This document shows positions 31,314 to 41,872 of a DNA stretch of 64,000 nt, piece by piece; the stretch's first letter is position 1; each line of letters begins with the position of its first letter. The stretch is from contig CAWKNZ010000005.1 in the NCBI GenBank assembly GCA_963851265.1, positions 64,001 through 128,000 of the forward strand, read 5' to 3'. The position numbers and the translations under genes were made by a program. This stretch comes from an uncultured Gemmatimonadales bacterium (GTDB lineage Bacteria > Gemmatimonadota > Gemmatimonadetes > Gemmatimonadales > Gemmatimonadaceae). Below the pieces are notes generated by a model, which searched no databases, was not told the DNA's origin, and saw only the letters and a list, made by a program, of their open reading frames with translations.

Positions 31314-32837
31314 TCAGCGCGCCGCGGCGGTGTTGCTCACGAAGGCGATCCGCTTCGAGTCCGGCGACCACGACGGCACGTTGATCGTCCCCTGGCCGCC
31401 GTAGACGTAGGCGAGCACGCGCGGCGCCCCGCCGTCGGCCGGCATCACCCGGATGTACACGTGCTTGTACCACGGGTGGTCGCCGGGCGGGATGTCGGGC
31501 GGGAACGAGATGAACACCACCGACCGGCCGTCGGGCGACACGTGCGGGAACCAGTTGTTGTACTCGTCGTGGGTCAGCTGCTCGGGCGCCGAGCCGTCGG
31601 GACGCATGCGCCAGACCTGCATCTTCCCGCTGCGGACGGAGTTGAAGTAGATCCACTTGCCGTCGGGCGAGTATTCGGGGCCGTCGTCGAGGCCGGGCGT
31701 GTTGGTGAGGCGCACCTCGTCGCCGCCCCCGACCGGGATGCGGTAGATGTCGAACTCGCCGCCGCGCTCGCCGGTGAAGACGAGGTACTTGCCGTCGGGC
31801 GACCAGCCGTGCAGGTACGACGGGCCCCGCTTGGTCACCCGCGTGGGCGTTCCGCCGCCGACGGGTACGGTGAACACGTTCGACCGGTTGCTGTCGGACG
31901 CGAGCCCGCTGCTGATGCCGAGCATGCGCCCGTCGAACGAGAGGACGTGGTCGTTGTTGCTGTTGGTGACCGTCCCGGTCTCGATCACGGCGGGCGTGCG
32001 CGCCGCGAGATCGAAGCGGTACATCCGCCCGCCGTTGTTGTAGATCAGCGCGCGACCGTCGGGCGTCCAGTTGGGCGCCTGGATCGCGTCGGGCGAGCGG
32101 TAGATGATGCGCCGGTCGCCGGTCGCGACGTCGAGCAGTTCGAGGTCGGCGCCGAGATAGGTACGGTACGGGACGAAACCGGGCGGAGCCGGTACGGTGA
32201 TCCGCACGTCGCGGAAGTTCCCGCGCTCGACCACCGAGTCGTTGTGCGCACAGACGAACAGCCCCACGTACACCGTGTCGCCGAGCGCGACGTCCGAGAG
32301 CTCCTCGGTGGTGAACGTGTCGCCGGCCCGCGCGACCGACATGATGTAGCGGCCGCCGCGGCGCTCGAGCTGGATGACGTCGGCGGCGGTGACGGTCGAC
32401 CGCTTCTCCTCCGTTTGCGCGCCGGCCGTGCGCCGGAACTGGAGCGACGTGAGCCCGTCGCCGTGCACGACGGCCGACGCGTGCGGCGACTCGGGCGCGA
32501 GCGTCGAACGCACCATCCACCCGAGCTTCCGGTGCGCCTCGACGCCCTTGCCGACGAGGTTGGCGCGCGCGGTGACGATGAAGTCCCCGGTCATGCGCTT
32601 CCACACGAAGTGGAACGCGTCGCGGGCCGCCCACACGTTGGCGCCCGACCCCGCGACGGTGTACTCCCCGCGGGCGGCGTCGTACGACGCGGAGCCGGCG
32701 TGGTGCACGGCGCCGACGTCGGTTTGCCCGTCGAAGTCGCCGAGCGCGCCGCCGCGCGGCGCCTGCGCGCCAGCGAGGGCGGGGAGGAGGAGGACTGCGG
32801 CCACGGCGCGGAGGCGGGCGCGGAGCGAATCGAGCAT
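31314..32837 (-). CDS. Secreted TolB-like (PD40 beta-propeller) protein with N-terminal lectin-like domain
   Basis: Signal peptide ending AGAQ; repeated APNWTPDG, LHGWSPDG, DGPEYSPDG, FPHVSPDG, VPSWSPD. Confidence 0.85.
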   Translation of the reverse strand: MLDSLRARLRAVAAVLLLPALAGAQAPRGGALGDFDGQTDVGAVHHAGSASYDAARGEYTVAGSGANVWAARDAFHFVWKRMTGDFIVTARANLVGKGVEAHRKLGWMVRSTLAPESPHASAVVHGDGLTSLQFRRTAGAQTEEKRSTVTAADVIQLERRGGRYIMSVARAGDTFTTEELSDVALGDTVYVGLFVCAHNDSVVERGNFRDVRITVPAPPGFVPYRTYLGADLELLDVATGDRRIIYRSPDAIQAPNWTPDGRALIYNNGGRMYRFDLAARTPAVIETGTVTNSNNDHVLSFDGRMLGISSGLASDSNRSNVFTVPVGGGTPTRVTKRGPSYLHGWSPDGKYLVFTGERGGEFDIYRIPVGGGDEVRLTNTPGLDDGPEYSPDGKWIYFNSVRSGKMQVWRMRPDGSAPEQLTHDEYNNWFPHVSPDGRSVVFISFPPDIPPGDHPWYKHVYIRVMPADGGAPRVLAYVYGGQGTINVPSWSPDSKRIAFVSNTAAAR

Positions 32838-32882
32838 GGTGGCGGAGGGGGAAAGTGGAGCGCGGCCGCGGAGGGCGGCCGG

Positions 32883-32980
32883 CGAGCACACGCGTCGAGC
32901 ACACGCGTCGAGCACACGCGTCGAGCACACGCGTCGAGCACACGCGTCGAGCACGCACGTCGAGCGCAGGTCGAGCACAC
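32883..32980. repeat. Tandem repeat of CGAGCACACGCGT (13 bp): 5 perfect copies plus degenerate copies
   Basis: Perfect units at 32883, 32896, 32909, 32922, 32935; variant at 32948; remnants to 32980. Confidence 0.95.
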
Positions 32981-33158
32981 AACATGTGCGCGGGACACGG
33001 GCGCGTCACGTCGTCGGCTCGCCGCGCCCACACCGGCGCGCCGCGCGCACGTCGATTCTTCCCGCCCCGTCGCCCCGCGGCTAGCATAGGGGTGCTCGAC
33101 TGGCGCCCCCGCGGTGCTCGCCGAACGCTGTTCGCCTCACCGTTCCCCGGCTGCCTGC

Positions 33159-35345
33159 ATGACCACTGCGAACGTCGTCTTCCTGATCATCCTCGTGCTC
33201 GCCGCCGGCTTCTTCGCCTACAGCGCGCAGCGGCTCTACGCATTCGCCACCGGCGTCGGCAAACCCGAGGACCGCACGAACGATCCCGGCCGCCGGTTCT
33301 GGAATTTTCTCACCATCGGCCTCGCCCAGACCAAGATCCTGCGCGACCCCGTTGCGGGGGCCATGCACGCGCTCGTGTTCTGGGGCTTCTGCGTGATCAC
33401 GGCGGGCACGGCCGAGATGATGGTGCAGGGCGTGTGGGGCGGCTTCGGGTACGCGAAGTTCCTTCCCGGGCCGGTCTACGGCGCGTTCGCGCTGTCGCAG
33501 GAGCTGTTCGCGCTGCTGGTGTGGGGCGCGGTGAGCTGGCTCATCTACCGCCGGCTCGTGCTCAAGCCGCGGCGGCTGCAGGGCGACGGCGTCGAGACGC
33601 GCGAGGCGGTGATCATCCTCTCGGTGATCGCGGTGCTCATGTTCACGCTGCTGCTGACCAACGCGATGGAGGCGGTGATCGAGCCCGTGATGCGGTCGGG
33701 CACGTCCGGCTACGGCCGCGTCGTCGGTCACCTGTTGGGCCTCGGCCTCGGCCACGTCGTCTCGCCCGAGACGGCGCTCGCGGTGCGCAACGTGAGCTGG
33801 TGGACGCACGCGATCCTCGTGCTCGGCTTCCTCAACTACCTGCCGTTCTCGAAGCACCTGCACGTGCTGGTTTCGCTGCCCAACACGTACCTCAGCAACA
33901 CCGAGGGGCCGGGGCCCAAGGGCGCGATGCGGCCGATGGACCTCGAGGACGAGACGGCCGAGTCGTTCGGCGCGAACGACGTCGAGCAGCTGACGTGGAA
34001 GAACCTGCTCGACGGCTACTCGTGCACGCAGTGCGGGCGCTGCACCGCCGCGTGCCCGGCCAACCTCACCGGGAAGCTGCTGAGCCCGCGCAAGATCGTC
34101 GTCAACGTGCGGCAGCGGTTGATGGAGAAGGCGCCGCTCGTCGTGCACGACTTCGACGAGTTGCGGCACCACCGGCTCGACGGCGGCGAGGGCGCGGACG
34201 GGCTCGCGGCCGAGGGGGGCGCGAAGACCGCGGCCGACATCATGGGCAACACGCTCCTCGACAACTACATCACGGAAGAGGAGCTGTGGGCGTGCACGAG
34301 CTGCCGCGCGTGCGTGCAGGAGTGCCCGGTGAGCATCGACCAGCTCGACGTGATCAACGAGATGCGCCGCTACCTCGTGCTCTCGGAGTCGCGCTTCCCG
34401 GAGCAGCTGCAGCCCGCGTTCACGTCGATGGAGCGCAACGGGAGCCCGTGGGCGTTCTCACCCTCGGTGCGCGAGGAGTGGGCCGAGGGGATGGACATCC
34501 CGACGATGGCCGAGGCCTTCGAGGCGGGCCGGCGGCCCGAGCTGCTGTTCTGGGTCGGGTGCATGGGCTCGTTCGACGACCGCGCCAAGAAGATCACCGT
34601 CGCGTTCGCGCGCGTGCTCAAGGCGGCGGGCGTCGACTTCGCGATCTTGGGGCAGGAAGAGACCTGCCACGGCGACCCCGCACGCCGCATGGGGAACGAG
34701 TACCTGTACCAGACGCTCGCGAAGGGCGCGATCGAGACGTTGGACCGGTACGAGGTGAAGACCGTGGTCACCTTCTGCCCGCACTGCTTCCACCAGATCG
34801 GCAACGAATTCCCGCAGTTAGGTGGGAACTACGAGGTGATCCACCACACCACGTACATCGAGCGGCTGTTGCAGCAAGGGCTGGTGCCGTTGGACACGGA
34901 CGAGGGGAAGCGCCTGACGATGGTCTACCACGACAGCTGCTATCTCGGGCGCTACAACGACGTCTACGACGCGCCGCGCAACACGCTCAAGCGCGCGCTC
35001 CCCGTGGTGAACCTCGTCGAGCCGAAGCGGACGAAGAGTCGTGGGCTGTGCTGCGGCGCGGGCGGCGGGCGCATGTGGATGGAGGAGGACGCGGGCAAGC
35101 GCATCAACGTGGAGCGTACCGAGGAGCTGCTCGCGACGGGTGCGGAGGCGATCGCGCTCGCGTGCCCGTTCTGCATGACGATGATGACCGACGGCGTCAC
35201 GGCGGCAGGGAGCGACGTGCCGGTGCTCGACATCTCCGAGGTGGTCGCGTCGCGGCTCAAGGGAAGCGCGACGGCGGCGCTCGCGCCCGGCGGCGGGGCG
35301 GACGCGGGCGGCGCGAACGCCGGGCTTGCGATGGCCGGCGACTGA
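33159..35345 (+). CDS. Membrane Fe-S oxidoreductase, FadF/HdrD-like (TM domain, 2x[4Fe-4S], CCG domains); probable ETF:quinone oxidoreductase
   Basis: N-terminal TM helices, [57 protein letters not shown]. Confidence 0.9.
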   Translation: MTTANVVFLIILVLAAGFFAYSAQRLYAFATGVGKPEDRTNDPGRRFWNFLTIGLAQTKILRDPVAGAMHALVFWGFCVITAGTAEMMVQGVWGGFGYAKFLPGPVYGAFALSQELFALLVWGAVSWLIYRRLVLKPRRLQGDGVETREAVIILSVIAVLMFTLLLTNAMEAVIEPVMRSGTSGYGRVVGHLLGLGLGHVVSPETALAVRNVSWWTHAILVLGFLNYLPFSKHLHVLVSLPNTYLSNTEGPGPKGAMRPMDLEDETAESFGANDVEQLTWKNLLDGYSCTQCGRCTAACPANLTGKLLSPRKIVVNVRQRLMEKAPLVVHDFDELRHHRLDGGEGADGLAAEGGAKTAADIMGNTLLDNYITEEELWACTSCRACVQECPVSIDQLDVINEMRRYLVLSESRFPEQLQPAFTSMERNGSPWAFSPSVREEWAEGMDIPTMAEAFEAGRRPELLFWVGCMGSFDDRAKKITVAFARVLKAAGVDFAILGQEETCHGDPARRMGNEYLYQTLAKGAIETLDRYEVKTVVTFCPHCFHQIGNEFPQLGGNYEVIHHTTYIERLLQQGLVPLDTDEGKRLTMVYHDSCYLGRYNDVYDAPRNTLKRALPVVNLVEPKRTKSRGLCCGAGGGRMWMEEDAGKRINVERTEELLATGAEAIALACPFCMTMMTDGVTAAGSDVPVLDISEVVASRLKGSATAALAPGGGADAGGANAGLAMAGD

Positions 35346-35371
35346 CGCGGCACACGGTGTGACTCGCACGG

Positions 35372-35400
35372 GAGGGCGCCGCTCGCGGAGTGGCGCCCTT
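35372..35400 (+). terminator. Hairpin after FadF-like gene
   Basis: GAGGGCGCCGCTC-GCG-GAGTGGCGCCCTT, 13-bp stem with G-U pairs. Confidence 0.55.
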
Positions 35401-35430
35401 CATCGCGTATCTCCCTTGCGAGGTGTTCTG

Positions 35431-35955
35431 ATGGCAGACCAGGCGAAGAACCAGGGCGGGAACGACGCCGCCGACGAGCGGCAGAACGAGCCCCGGCAGG
35501 GCATTCCGGGCAAGGGCTTCGACGCCGGCACCGGCTACGGTGGGGGCGGCAACGACTCGCTGTACGACGCCGAATCCAGCTACGGCGGGCAGAGCGGGAT
35601 CGGCGGCAGCCGCACGCGTGGCGCGTACGCGGGCGAGGGGTACGGGCGCTCGGGCCCGGGCGAGGAGGCGAGCGCGGGCGGGCCGAGCGGTGGCGAAACG
35701 GACGTCAGCGACGACGCGATGGATGGCGGGTCGAACGTGGCGCGCGACACCGACGGGCGTGGCAGCGCCAACGACTCGAGCGACGCGCCGGCCGACCCCG
35801 ACGTCGAGGCCGTGACGGACGCGTTCGAAGGGCAGGGCGCCTCGACCTCCGCGTCGTCCGACGATATGCCCGCCAGCGGCCTGTCCCAGGACGGGCCCGA
35901 CGCGATCGATCTCGACGACTTCTCGGGCGGGAGCCGGCGCGAGCCCGGGCGCTGA
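35431..35955 (+). CDS. Hypothetical acidic Gly/Asp/Ser-rich, probably disordered protein
   Basis: GAGGTG SD before ATG 35431; GC-rich third codon positions; no hydrophobic core. Confidence 0.65.
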   Translation: MADQAKNQGGNDAADERQNEPRQGIPGKGFDAGTGYGGGGNDSLYDAESSYGGQSGIGGSRTRGAYAGEGYGRSGPGEEASAGGPSGGETDVSDDAMDGGSNVARDTDGRGSANDSSDAPADPDVEAVTDAFEGQGASTSASSDDMPASGLSQDGPDAIDLDDFSGGSRREPGR

Positions 35956-35979
35956 CCACGCGGCCCGCGGGGGCGGTGG

Positions 35980-36669
35980 TCAGCGCCGGCCCAGCGCGTA
36001 CGTCGCGATGGTCTGCCGCGTCCCGTTCGCCTCGATCGTCTCGGCTTCGGGCTCACGCACGACCAGCCCGAGCGCCTGCGCCGCCTCGACGAATGCCGGC
36101 GCCGCGATCCGCCCAGGGTCGGTGACGAGCGCGACGCCCCCCCGCGCGAGCGTGCCAGCGATCGCGCGTGCGACGAGCGCTGCGTACGGCCGCTCGTACA
36201 GCACGTCCGACGCGACGACCACGTCGAAGTGCCCCAGGTCGCGCGGCATCGCCCGCCAGTCGACGAGCCGCGTCGCGCACGCGCGCCCCGTCGCGCGCCA
36301 GACGTTGGCGGCGGTGAAGCGGAGTGCGTCGGCGTAGTAGTCGGTCGCGGTCACGTCGAACCCCGCGCGCGCGGCCGCGACCGCGGCCACGCCGCTCCCG
36401 CAGCCCAGTTCCAGCAGCCGCCGCCCCGCGCCGGCTTCGCCGAGCAGCCGCGCGGCGAGCACGCGCGTGGACGGCCAGACGTCGGCCCAGTACGGCAGCC
36501 GCTCGTCGTGCGCGAACGCGTCCTCGTCGATCAGCGCCTCGGGCTCCGCGGGGCGCAGGATCGAAAGCGCCGCGCGCCCGACGGGCACCTCCTCGACCAC
36601 CGTCGCGAACTCGCGCTCGAGCGCGGCCACGAGCGCCGCGCCGTCCGGGTCGGGCGCCGCGTCCGTCAC
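35980..36669 (-). CDS. Class I SAM-dependent methyltransferase (METTL21/Methyltransf_16-like)
   Basis: LPYWADVWPS, LLELGCGSG, ATDY, VDWR, FDVVVASDVLY; GTGA overlap with moeA stop. Confidence 0.87.
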   Translation of the reverse strand: MTDAAPDPDGAALVAALEREFATVVEEVPVGRAALSILRPAEPEALIDEDAFAHDERLPYWADVWPSTRVLAARLLGEAGAGRRLLELGCGSGVAAVAAARAGFDVTATDYYADALRFTAANVWRATGRACATRLVDWRAMPRDLGHFDVVVASDVLYERPYAALVARAIAGTLARGGVALVTDPGRIAAPAFVEAAQALGLVVREPEAETIEANGTRQTIATYALGRR

Positions 36670-38099
36670 GCGCCCTCGTACGACGGCTGCGCCGCGCACG
36701 CGAACGGGTCGCCCGCGAGCGCGTCGCCGCCTAACGGCAGCACTCGGACGGCCGCCCCGGCGGGCAGCGCGCGCACGCCCGCGGGCACCACGGCGAGCGC
36801 GTCGGCCGCGGCCACCGACGACAGCAGCCCGGAGCCTTGCGGCCCGGTGAGCCGCGCGACGAGCCCGCCCCCGTCGTCGGTGTCGAGCGTCGCGCGCAGG
36901 AAGTGCGTCAGCGGCGCCGCGGTGCGCAGCGGCTCGCCCAGGGTGGCGCGCAGGGTGCGCCGGAACGGGCGCGCGTCGCCGGCGAGCGCGCGCAGCAGCG
37001 GGCGCACGAACAGGCCGAAGGTGACGACCGTCGACACCGGGTTCCCCGGCAGGCCGAACCAGGGCACGCCCGACTCGGCAGGCTCCGCGCCGTCGCGGGG
37101 CGGCAGCGTGCCGAAGGCGAGCGGCCCGCCGGGGCGCATCCGCACGCGCCAGAACCCGAGGGCGCCGCCGAGGGCGGCGATGGCGGGGCGGACGAGGTCG
37201 CGCGGGCCGACGCTCACACCGCCCGTGGTGAGCAGCACGTCGCACCCGGCGTCGCGCGCCTCGGCGATGCGGCCCCGCACGCCGTCGGGCGTGTCGGGCG
37301 CGATGCCGTAGTCGACCGGCTCGCCCCCCGCGGCCCGCACGAGCGCGGCGAGCGCGTACGCGTTCGCGTTGACGATCGCGGCGCCGTCGCGCGCGCGCTC
37401 GTGGCCGACGCCGCCGGGCGCGACGTCGGCGAGATCGACGAGTTCGTCGCCCGATGCCACGATCGCGACGCGCGGGCGGCGCGCGACCACGACGTGCGAC
37501 GCCCCGGCCGCCGCGAGCAGCCCGACCACGCCGGGCGTCACGGCCGTTCCCGCGGGTGCGGCCACGGTGCCGGCGCGCAGGTCCTCACCCGCGGGACGCA
37601 CGTTGCGCCGCGCCACCCCACCCGCCGTCTCCTCCTGGCGCGCGTCCCGGTCGTCGCGCACGAGCACGGCGTCGGCGCCACCCGCGTCGGCCGCGGGTGC
37701 CGTGTCCTCGACCCGCACCACCGCGTCGGCCCCGTCGGGCACCGGCGCGCCCGTCGCGATCCGCACGGCCTCGCGTGCGCCTAACGTACCGTCCCAGCGC
37801 GCGCCCGCGGGCGCGTCGCCGACCACCCGCAGGCGGACGGGCGCGCCGGGAGCCGCGCCGGCGACGTCGGCGGCACGCACCGCGTAGCCGTCCATCGCGG
37901 CGTTCGCCCAGGGCGGCACGTCCCACCCCGCCCGCACGTCGGCGGCGAGGACGCGGCCGAGTGCGTCGGCGAGTGCGAGGTGCTCGGGGCCTAACGTACG
38001 CGCGCCGGCGAGGACCGCGGCGAGCGCCTCGTCGACCCCGAGGCGTTCGCGGGCGGTCGGGTGTCGCGACCCGCTCACGCGCGAGCCGCGGCGCGGCAC
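36666..38099 (-). CDS. moeA: Molybdopterin molybdotransferase MoeA
   Basis: ALGRVLA, AMDGYAVR, IATGAPVP-GADAVV-VED, SGDEL, TGGVSVG-D, FGLPGNPVS, QGSG; start 38078 or 38099. Confidence 0.93.
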   Translation of the reverse strand: MPRRGSRVSGSRHPTARERLGVDEALAAVLAGARTLGPEHLALADALGRVLAADVRAGWDVPPWANAAMDGYAVRAADVAGAAPGAPVRLRVVGDAPAGARWDGTLGAREAVRIATGAPVPDGADAVVRVEDTAPAADAGGADAVLVRDDRDARQEETAGGVARRNVRPAGEDLRAGTVAAPAGTAVTPGVVGLLAAAGASHVVVARRPRVAIVASGDELVDLADVAPGGVGHERARDGAAIVNANAYALAALVRAAGGEPVDYGIAPDTPDGVRGRIAEARDAGCDVLLTTGGVSVGPRDLVRPAIAALGGALGFWRVRMRPGGPLAFGTLPPRDGAEPAESGVPWFGLPGNPVSTVVTFGLFVRPLLRALAGDARPFRRTLRATLGEPLRTAAPLTHFLRATLDTDDGGGLVARLTGPQGSGLLSSVAAADALAVVPAGVRALPAGAAVRVLPLGGDALAGDPFACAAQPSYEGA

Positions 38100-38115
38100 C
38101 GCACGGCGACGCCGC

Positions 38116-39902
38116 TCACCGTCGTGCCGCCGCCGCCGCCGGGCCGCGCGCGCGCAACATCGCGATCCGCAACGCGATCGCGTCCTGCACGCGCGTCACC
38201 GCGGCCGACGGCGCCGTGTAGTTGTTGCAGAGCACCGAGAAGATCACCAGCTCATCGTCCGCGGTCGTCGCGTAGCCGGACAGACTGCGCACGCGGTCGA
38301 CGGATCCGGTCTTCGCCCTCACGCGCCCGGCCGCGGGCGTGCCGCGCAACCGTCCCGCGAGCGTGCCGTCGACTCCCGCGATCGGCAGGGCATCGGGGAA
38401 CGTGCCGTCCGACAGTCGGCGCGCCTCGTCGAGCACGCGCACGAGCGCCCGCGGGGTCACGAAGTCGTGGCGCGACAGCCCGCTGCCATCGCGCACGACC
38501 GCGTCGCGCTCGGGCTCGACGCCCCACGCGCGCAGACGGTCGCCGACCACGCGCCGCGCGCTGTCGCCCGACGCCGACCCGGCCCCCACGCGCCCTAACG
38601 TCAGGAAGAGCGCCTCGGCGATCTGGTTCTGCGACGGCTTCTCCATCGCCGGGAGCACGTCGCGGAGCGGGGCCGAGGTGATGACGGCGAGGGTGTCGAG
38701 CGGCGGGGGCGCGGGCGCGCACCCGTCACGACAGCGCGCGTCGGCGGTTGCGCCGCGCGCGTGCCGCCCCTGCCGCAGCGTGCCCTGCGGTGGCGCGTCC
38801 TGCACCGCGACGCCGCGGGCGCGGAGCGCGTTGCGCAACGCGCCCGCGTACGCGCGCCGCGGGTCGTGGATCCCGAGTTCCAGCACCACGCTGTCGTTCG
38901 CCGGTATCGCGCCGCGGAACGCGTAGCGACGCGCGTCGTAGTCCCAGCGTGCCTGCACCGCCGGTCCGGCCGTGGTGCCCGCCGCGATGGTGCGGACGTC
39001 GACCGGGTACTCGTCCACCGGTACGGCCGAGGGGGTCGGGCGGACCGCCACGTGCGCGCCCGCGCCAACCCGCGGACCGCCGAACACGACGGCGCGCGCC
39101 ACGCCGTCGTTGAACAGCAACTCCGTCACGCCCGCGCCCGACGGCGTGTCGAGGTCGTCCCACTCCCACCCGAACTTCCAGGGGCCTTCCGCCCACGGGC
39201 CCTCCGCCCACGGGCCTTCCACTCGCGGGCCCGCTGCCGACGGGTCCCCTGGCCGCCCGCCCGCGGCCGGCGCCTGCGCCGAGGACCCGTCCGACGCGAC
39301 GACGTCGCCCGTGACGCGGCGGATGCCGCGCGCCCACACCGAGTCGGCGAGGGCCCGGATCGGCCCCATCGCGTCGCCGTGCTGCATCGCGGCGCTCACC
39401 GTCGGGTCGCCGCTCCCGAGCACGTAGAGGTCGCCCTGCAGCGTGCCGTTCGGGCGGGCCGCGCCGCGCGCCGCCGCGACCGCCGTGCGCCAGCGGTACT
39501 CCGGCCCGAGGTTCGCGAGAGCGACCGCGCCGGTGATGATCTTCTGGTTCGACGCCGGGATGAAGAGCTTGCCCGCGTTGCGCGCGTAGAGCGTGTCGCC
39601 GGTGCGCGGGTTGACGACGAGCACCCCCCACTGCGCGCCCGCCCACTGCGGGTCGGCGAGCAGCGAGTCGATACCGGCTGCGAGCGCCGCGGGGGAGTCG
39701 GCCGCGTCGGGCGACTGCGATGCGTTAGGCGCGATACGGGCGCCGGGGACGCTCGGCCCGACCGGTGCGGCCGCGGGTCGCGGTCCGGCCGCCGGCGCGC
39801 CGGCTCGCCCCGCGCAGGCGCGCACGCCACGGCCGCGCACGCCGCGGCCCCCGCGGCCATCAACGCGCCGCGCACGCCGCCGGCCGCGCGACGAAGCGTC
39901 AT
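38116..39902 (-). CDS. dacB: D-Ala-D-Ala carboxypeptidase/endopeptidase (PBP4, peptidase S13); signal peptide appears frameshifted near 39820
   Basis: PASNQK (SxxK), GSGDP, GWEWDDL, SQN (SxN), DGSGLSR, AKTG; ATG 39902 overlapping queD stop encodes a signal-like peptide in another frame. Confidence 0.88.
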
Positions 39903-40351
39903 GCGTCGCGCGCGGGCTCGAAGGTCGCGCTCAGCGTCTCGTCCTCGGCGACGACGACGCGGGTGACCGTCGGCGCGGTCGGCGGGCCGGCGGCTGCGGC
40001 GTCGAGTCGCCGCTGCACGCGCTCCGCGATCTGCCGCGCGAGGTTCTCGCCCGTGGGAATCAGCGCGCCGTCCGCGAACTCCGGGACGTCCGTGTTGAGG
40101 TTGCGGTGGTCGAACCGCTCGCGCACCTCGTCGTGCAGCACGCGGTCGAGCAGCGGCAGGTCGATGCAGAACCCGGTGTCGGGGTCGACCGGTCCGCGCA
40201 CGGTCACGTGGCAGGTGTAGCTGTGCCCGTGGAAGTTGGGCCGCGCGCACGGGCCGAACACGGCGGCGTTGCGCTCGTCCGTCCAGTCGGGGCGGCGGTA
40301 GCGGTGGGCCGCGGCGAAGGTCACGCGGCGGGTGAGGGAAGAGAAGGGCAT
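39899..40351 (-). CDS. queD: 6-carboxytetrahydropterin synthase / PTPS family
   Basis: FAAAHR, N-FGPC-HGHSY, V-G-VDP-TG, FDHRNLN, PTGEN. Confidence 0.85.
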   Translation of the reverse strand: MPFSSLTRRVTFAAAHRYRRPDWTDERNAAVFGPCARPNFHGHSYTCHVTVRGPVDPDTGFCIDLPLLDRVLHDEVRERFDHRNLNTDVPEFADGALIPTGENLARQIAERVQRRLDAAAAGPPTAPTVTRVVVAEDETLSATFEPARDA

Positions 40352-40515
40352 GCAGGTGACGTGGGGGGTGGGTGATCGCGCAGGGCCGCGACCGGCCGTT
40401 CATGAAACGGCCGGGGATGAAAACCCCGGGGATGACACGGCCCCGGTGTTCGATCAGCACCGATCCCCGGCCGGACACGGCCCGGCACGGGTCACCACCT
40501 CTGCCACCCCAGCGC

Positions 40516-41037
40516 TCAGTGATCCTCGCCGTACTCCCCAGCCCCAGCATCCGTCCCCCGGATGCCTTCCGGCGTCGGGGCGTCGGGGGGGATGTAGGTC
40601 GTCCCGTGCGCGATCGCGTCGTGCATGTCCGTCGTGCCGAACATGCGCTCGTCGAGGTCCTCGTCGCCGCGGGCCTCCTGCGCCTCGTCGCTCTGCTGCG
40701 GCGGCATCTCGCCCATGATCGCGCCCGCGCTGCGCTGCTCCTCGTTCAGGTGGTCGTCGATGTCCGTCGACGTCTCGACGCGCCGCACGGCGTCGACCAC
40801 CAGCGAGTTGTCGTAGTCGACCACGCCCACCACGTCGGTGAGCACGTGCTCCGCCACGCGCAGCTCGTCCTCGGTGCCGACGCGCCCCTCGAGGCGCACC
40901 GTGCCGTTCTCGACGATGACCGAGATGTCGTCGATGTCGATCGTCTGCTGGTCCGCGAGGCGGTCGCGGATGAGCTGGCGCAGTTCGTCGTCGTCGAGGT
41001 CGTCGATGCTGCTGAAGTCTTCGTAGTCGCGCGCCAT
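40516..41037 (-). CDS. BON domain protein, highly acidic
   Basis: DDELR-IR-L, I-V-VENGTVRLEGRV, V-GV-N-L-V BON pattern. Confidence 0.8.
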   Translation of the reverse strand: MARDYEDFSSIDDLDDDELRQLIRDRLADQQTIDIDDISVIVENGTVRLEGRVGTEDELRVAEHVLTDVVGVVDYDNSLVVDAVRRVETSTDIDDHLNEEQRSAGAIMGEMPPQQSDEAQEARGDEDLDERMFGTTDMHDAIAHGTTYIPPDAPTPEGIRGTDAGAGEYGEDH

Positions 41038-41072
41038 GAACGAACCTGGAAGGGTCGGGGGGTGGGCGCGCG

Positions 41073-41834
41073 TCAGCGGTGGAACTGGTACGACACGCCC
41101 GCGGTGAACGCGGTGTTGTTGCGGTATCGCGAGAGCGCGGCGTTGGACGGGACGATCGACGAGCTGTCCGGCGCGACGCCGCCGTACGTGGCCCCGTACC
41201 CGGTGGAGGGCCGCGCGTACGCCGCCGGATACCGCACGCGATAGAGCGAGTTGCCGAGGTCGAAACGGAGCGCGTAGCGCGACGTCGGCGACGGCACGTA
41301 CTTCAGCGCGAGGCCGTACGCGAGTGCAAACGAGGTGCCGAAGTCGAACCCGCCGGGGTCGGTCCCGCCGAAGTTGGTGACCACGCCCGCGCCGACGTGC
41401 ACGAGCGGCACGAACCCGTGAAACGTGCGGGACCCGGTGAGCGCGAGCGAAAGGCCGAGGTCGGCCATCGTCAGCGGCCGCTTCTCGGTACCGAGCACGC
41501 GGTCGTTGGCCGGGCGCGCGGGGTCGAGCACGGTGCGATCCGAGAACACGGTGCGCACGCGGGTCGTGAAGATCGCCGGGCCGCCACCGAGGTCGTACTG
41601 CAGCCCGACGAGCCCGCCGCCGCGCGGCGCGACCCCGGCCGGATCCTTGGCCGCGTTGAAATAGCCGCCGAGCAGCGTGAACGACTGATTGTAGACGAGG
41701 TCCGCGAAGGGCGAGCGTGCCGGCGGATAGCCGATCTCGCCGCCCCCCGTCGGCGTTCCCTGCGCGGCGGCCGAGCCCGCGGACCCGCCGACCGTCAACG
41801 CGCCGAGCACCCCGACGCCTAACACGAACCGCAT
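41073..41834 (-). CDS. Secreted/outer-membrane beta-barrel-like hypothetical protein
   Basis: Signal peptide MRFVLG...AAAQ; amphipathic beta segments; C-terminal AGVSYQF. Confidence 0.7.
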   Translation of the reverse strand: MRFVLGVGVLGALTVGGSAGSAAAQGTPTGGGEIGYPPARSPFADLVYNQSFTLLGGYFNAAKDPAGVAPRGGGLVGLQYDLGGGPAIFTTRVRTVFSDRTVLDPARPANDRVLGTEKRPLTMADLGLSLALTGSRTFHGFVPLVHVGAGVVTNFGGTDPGGFDFGTSFALAYGLALKYVPSPTSRYALRFDLGNSLYRVRYPAAYARPSTGYGATYGGVAPDSSSIVPSNAALSRYRNNTAFTAGVSYQFHR

Positions 41835-41872
41835 GCGGCCGGATCGCACGCGGCCGAATCGCGCGCGCTCCC

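Noticed and set aside
32883..32980. Repeat array as CRISPR
   Set aside because: The 13-bp units are directly adjacent with no spacers, and there are no cas genes
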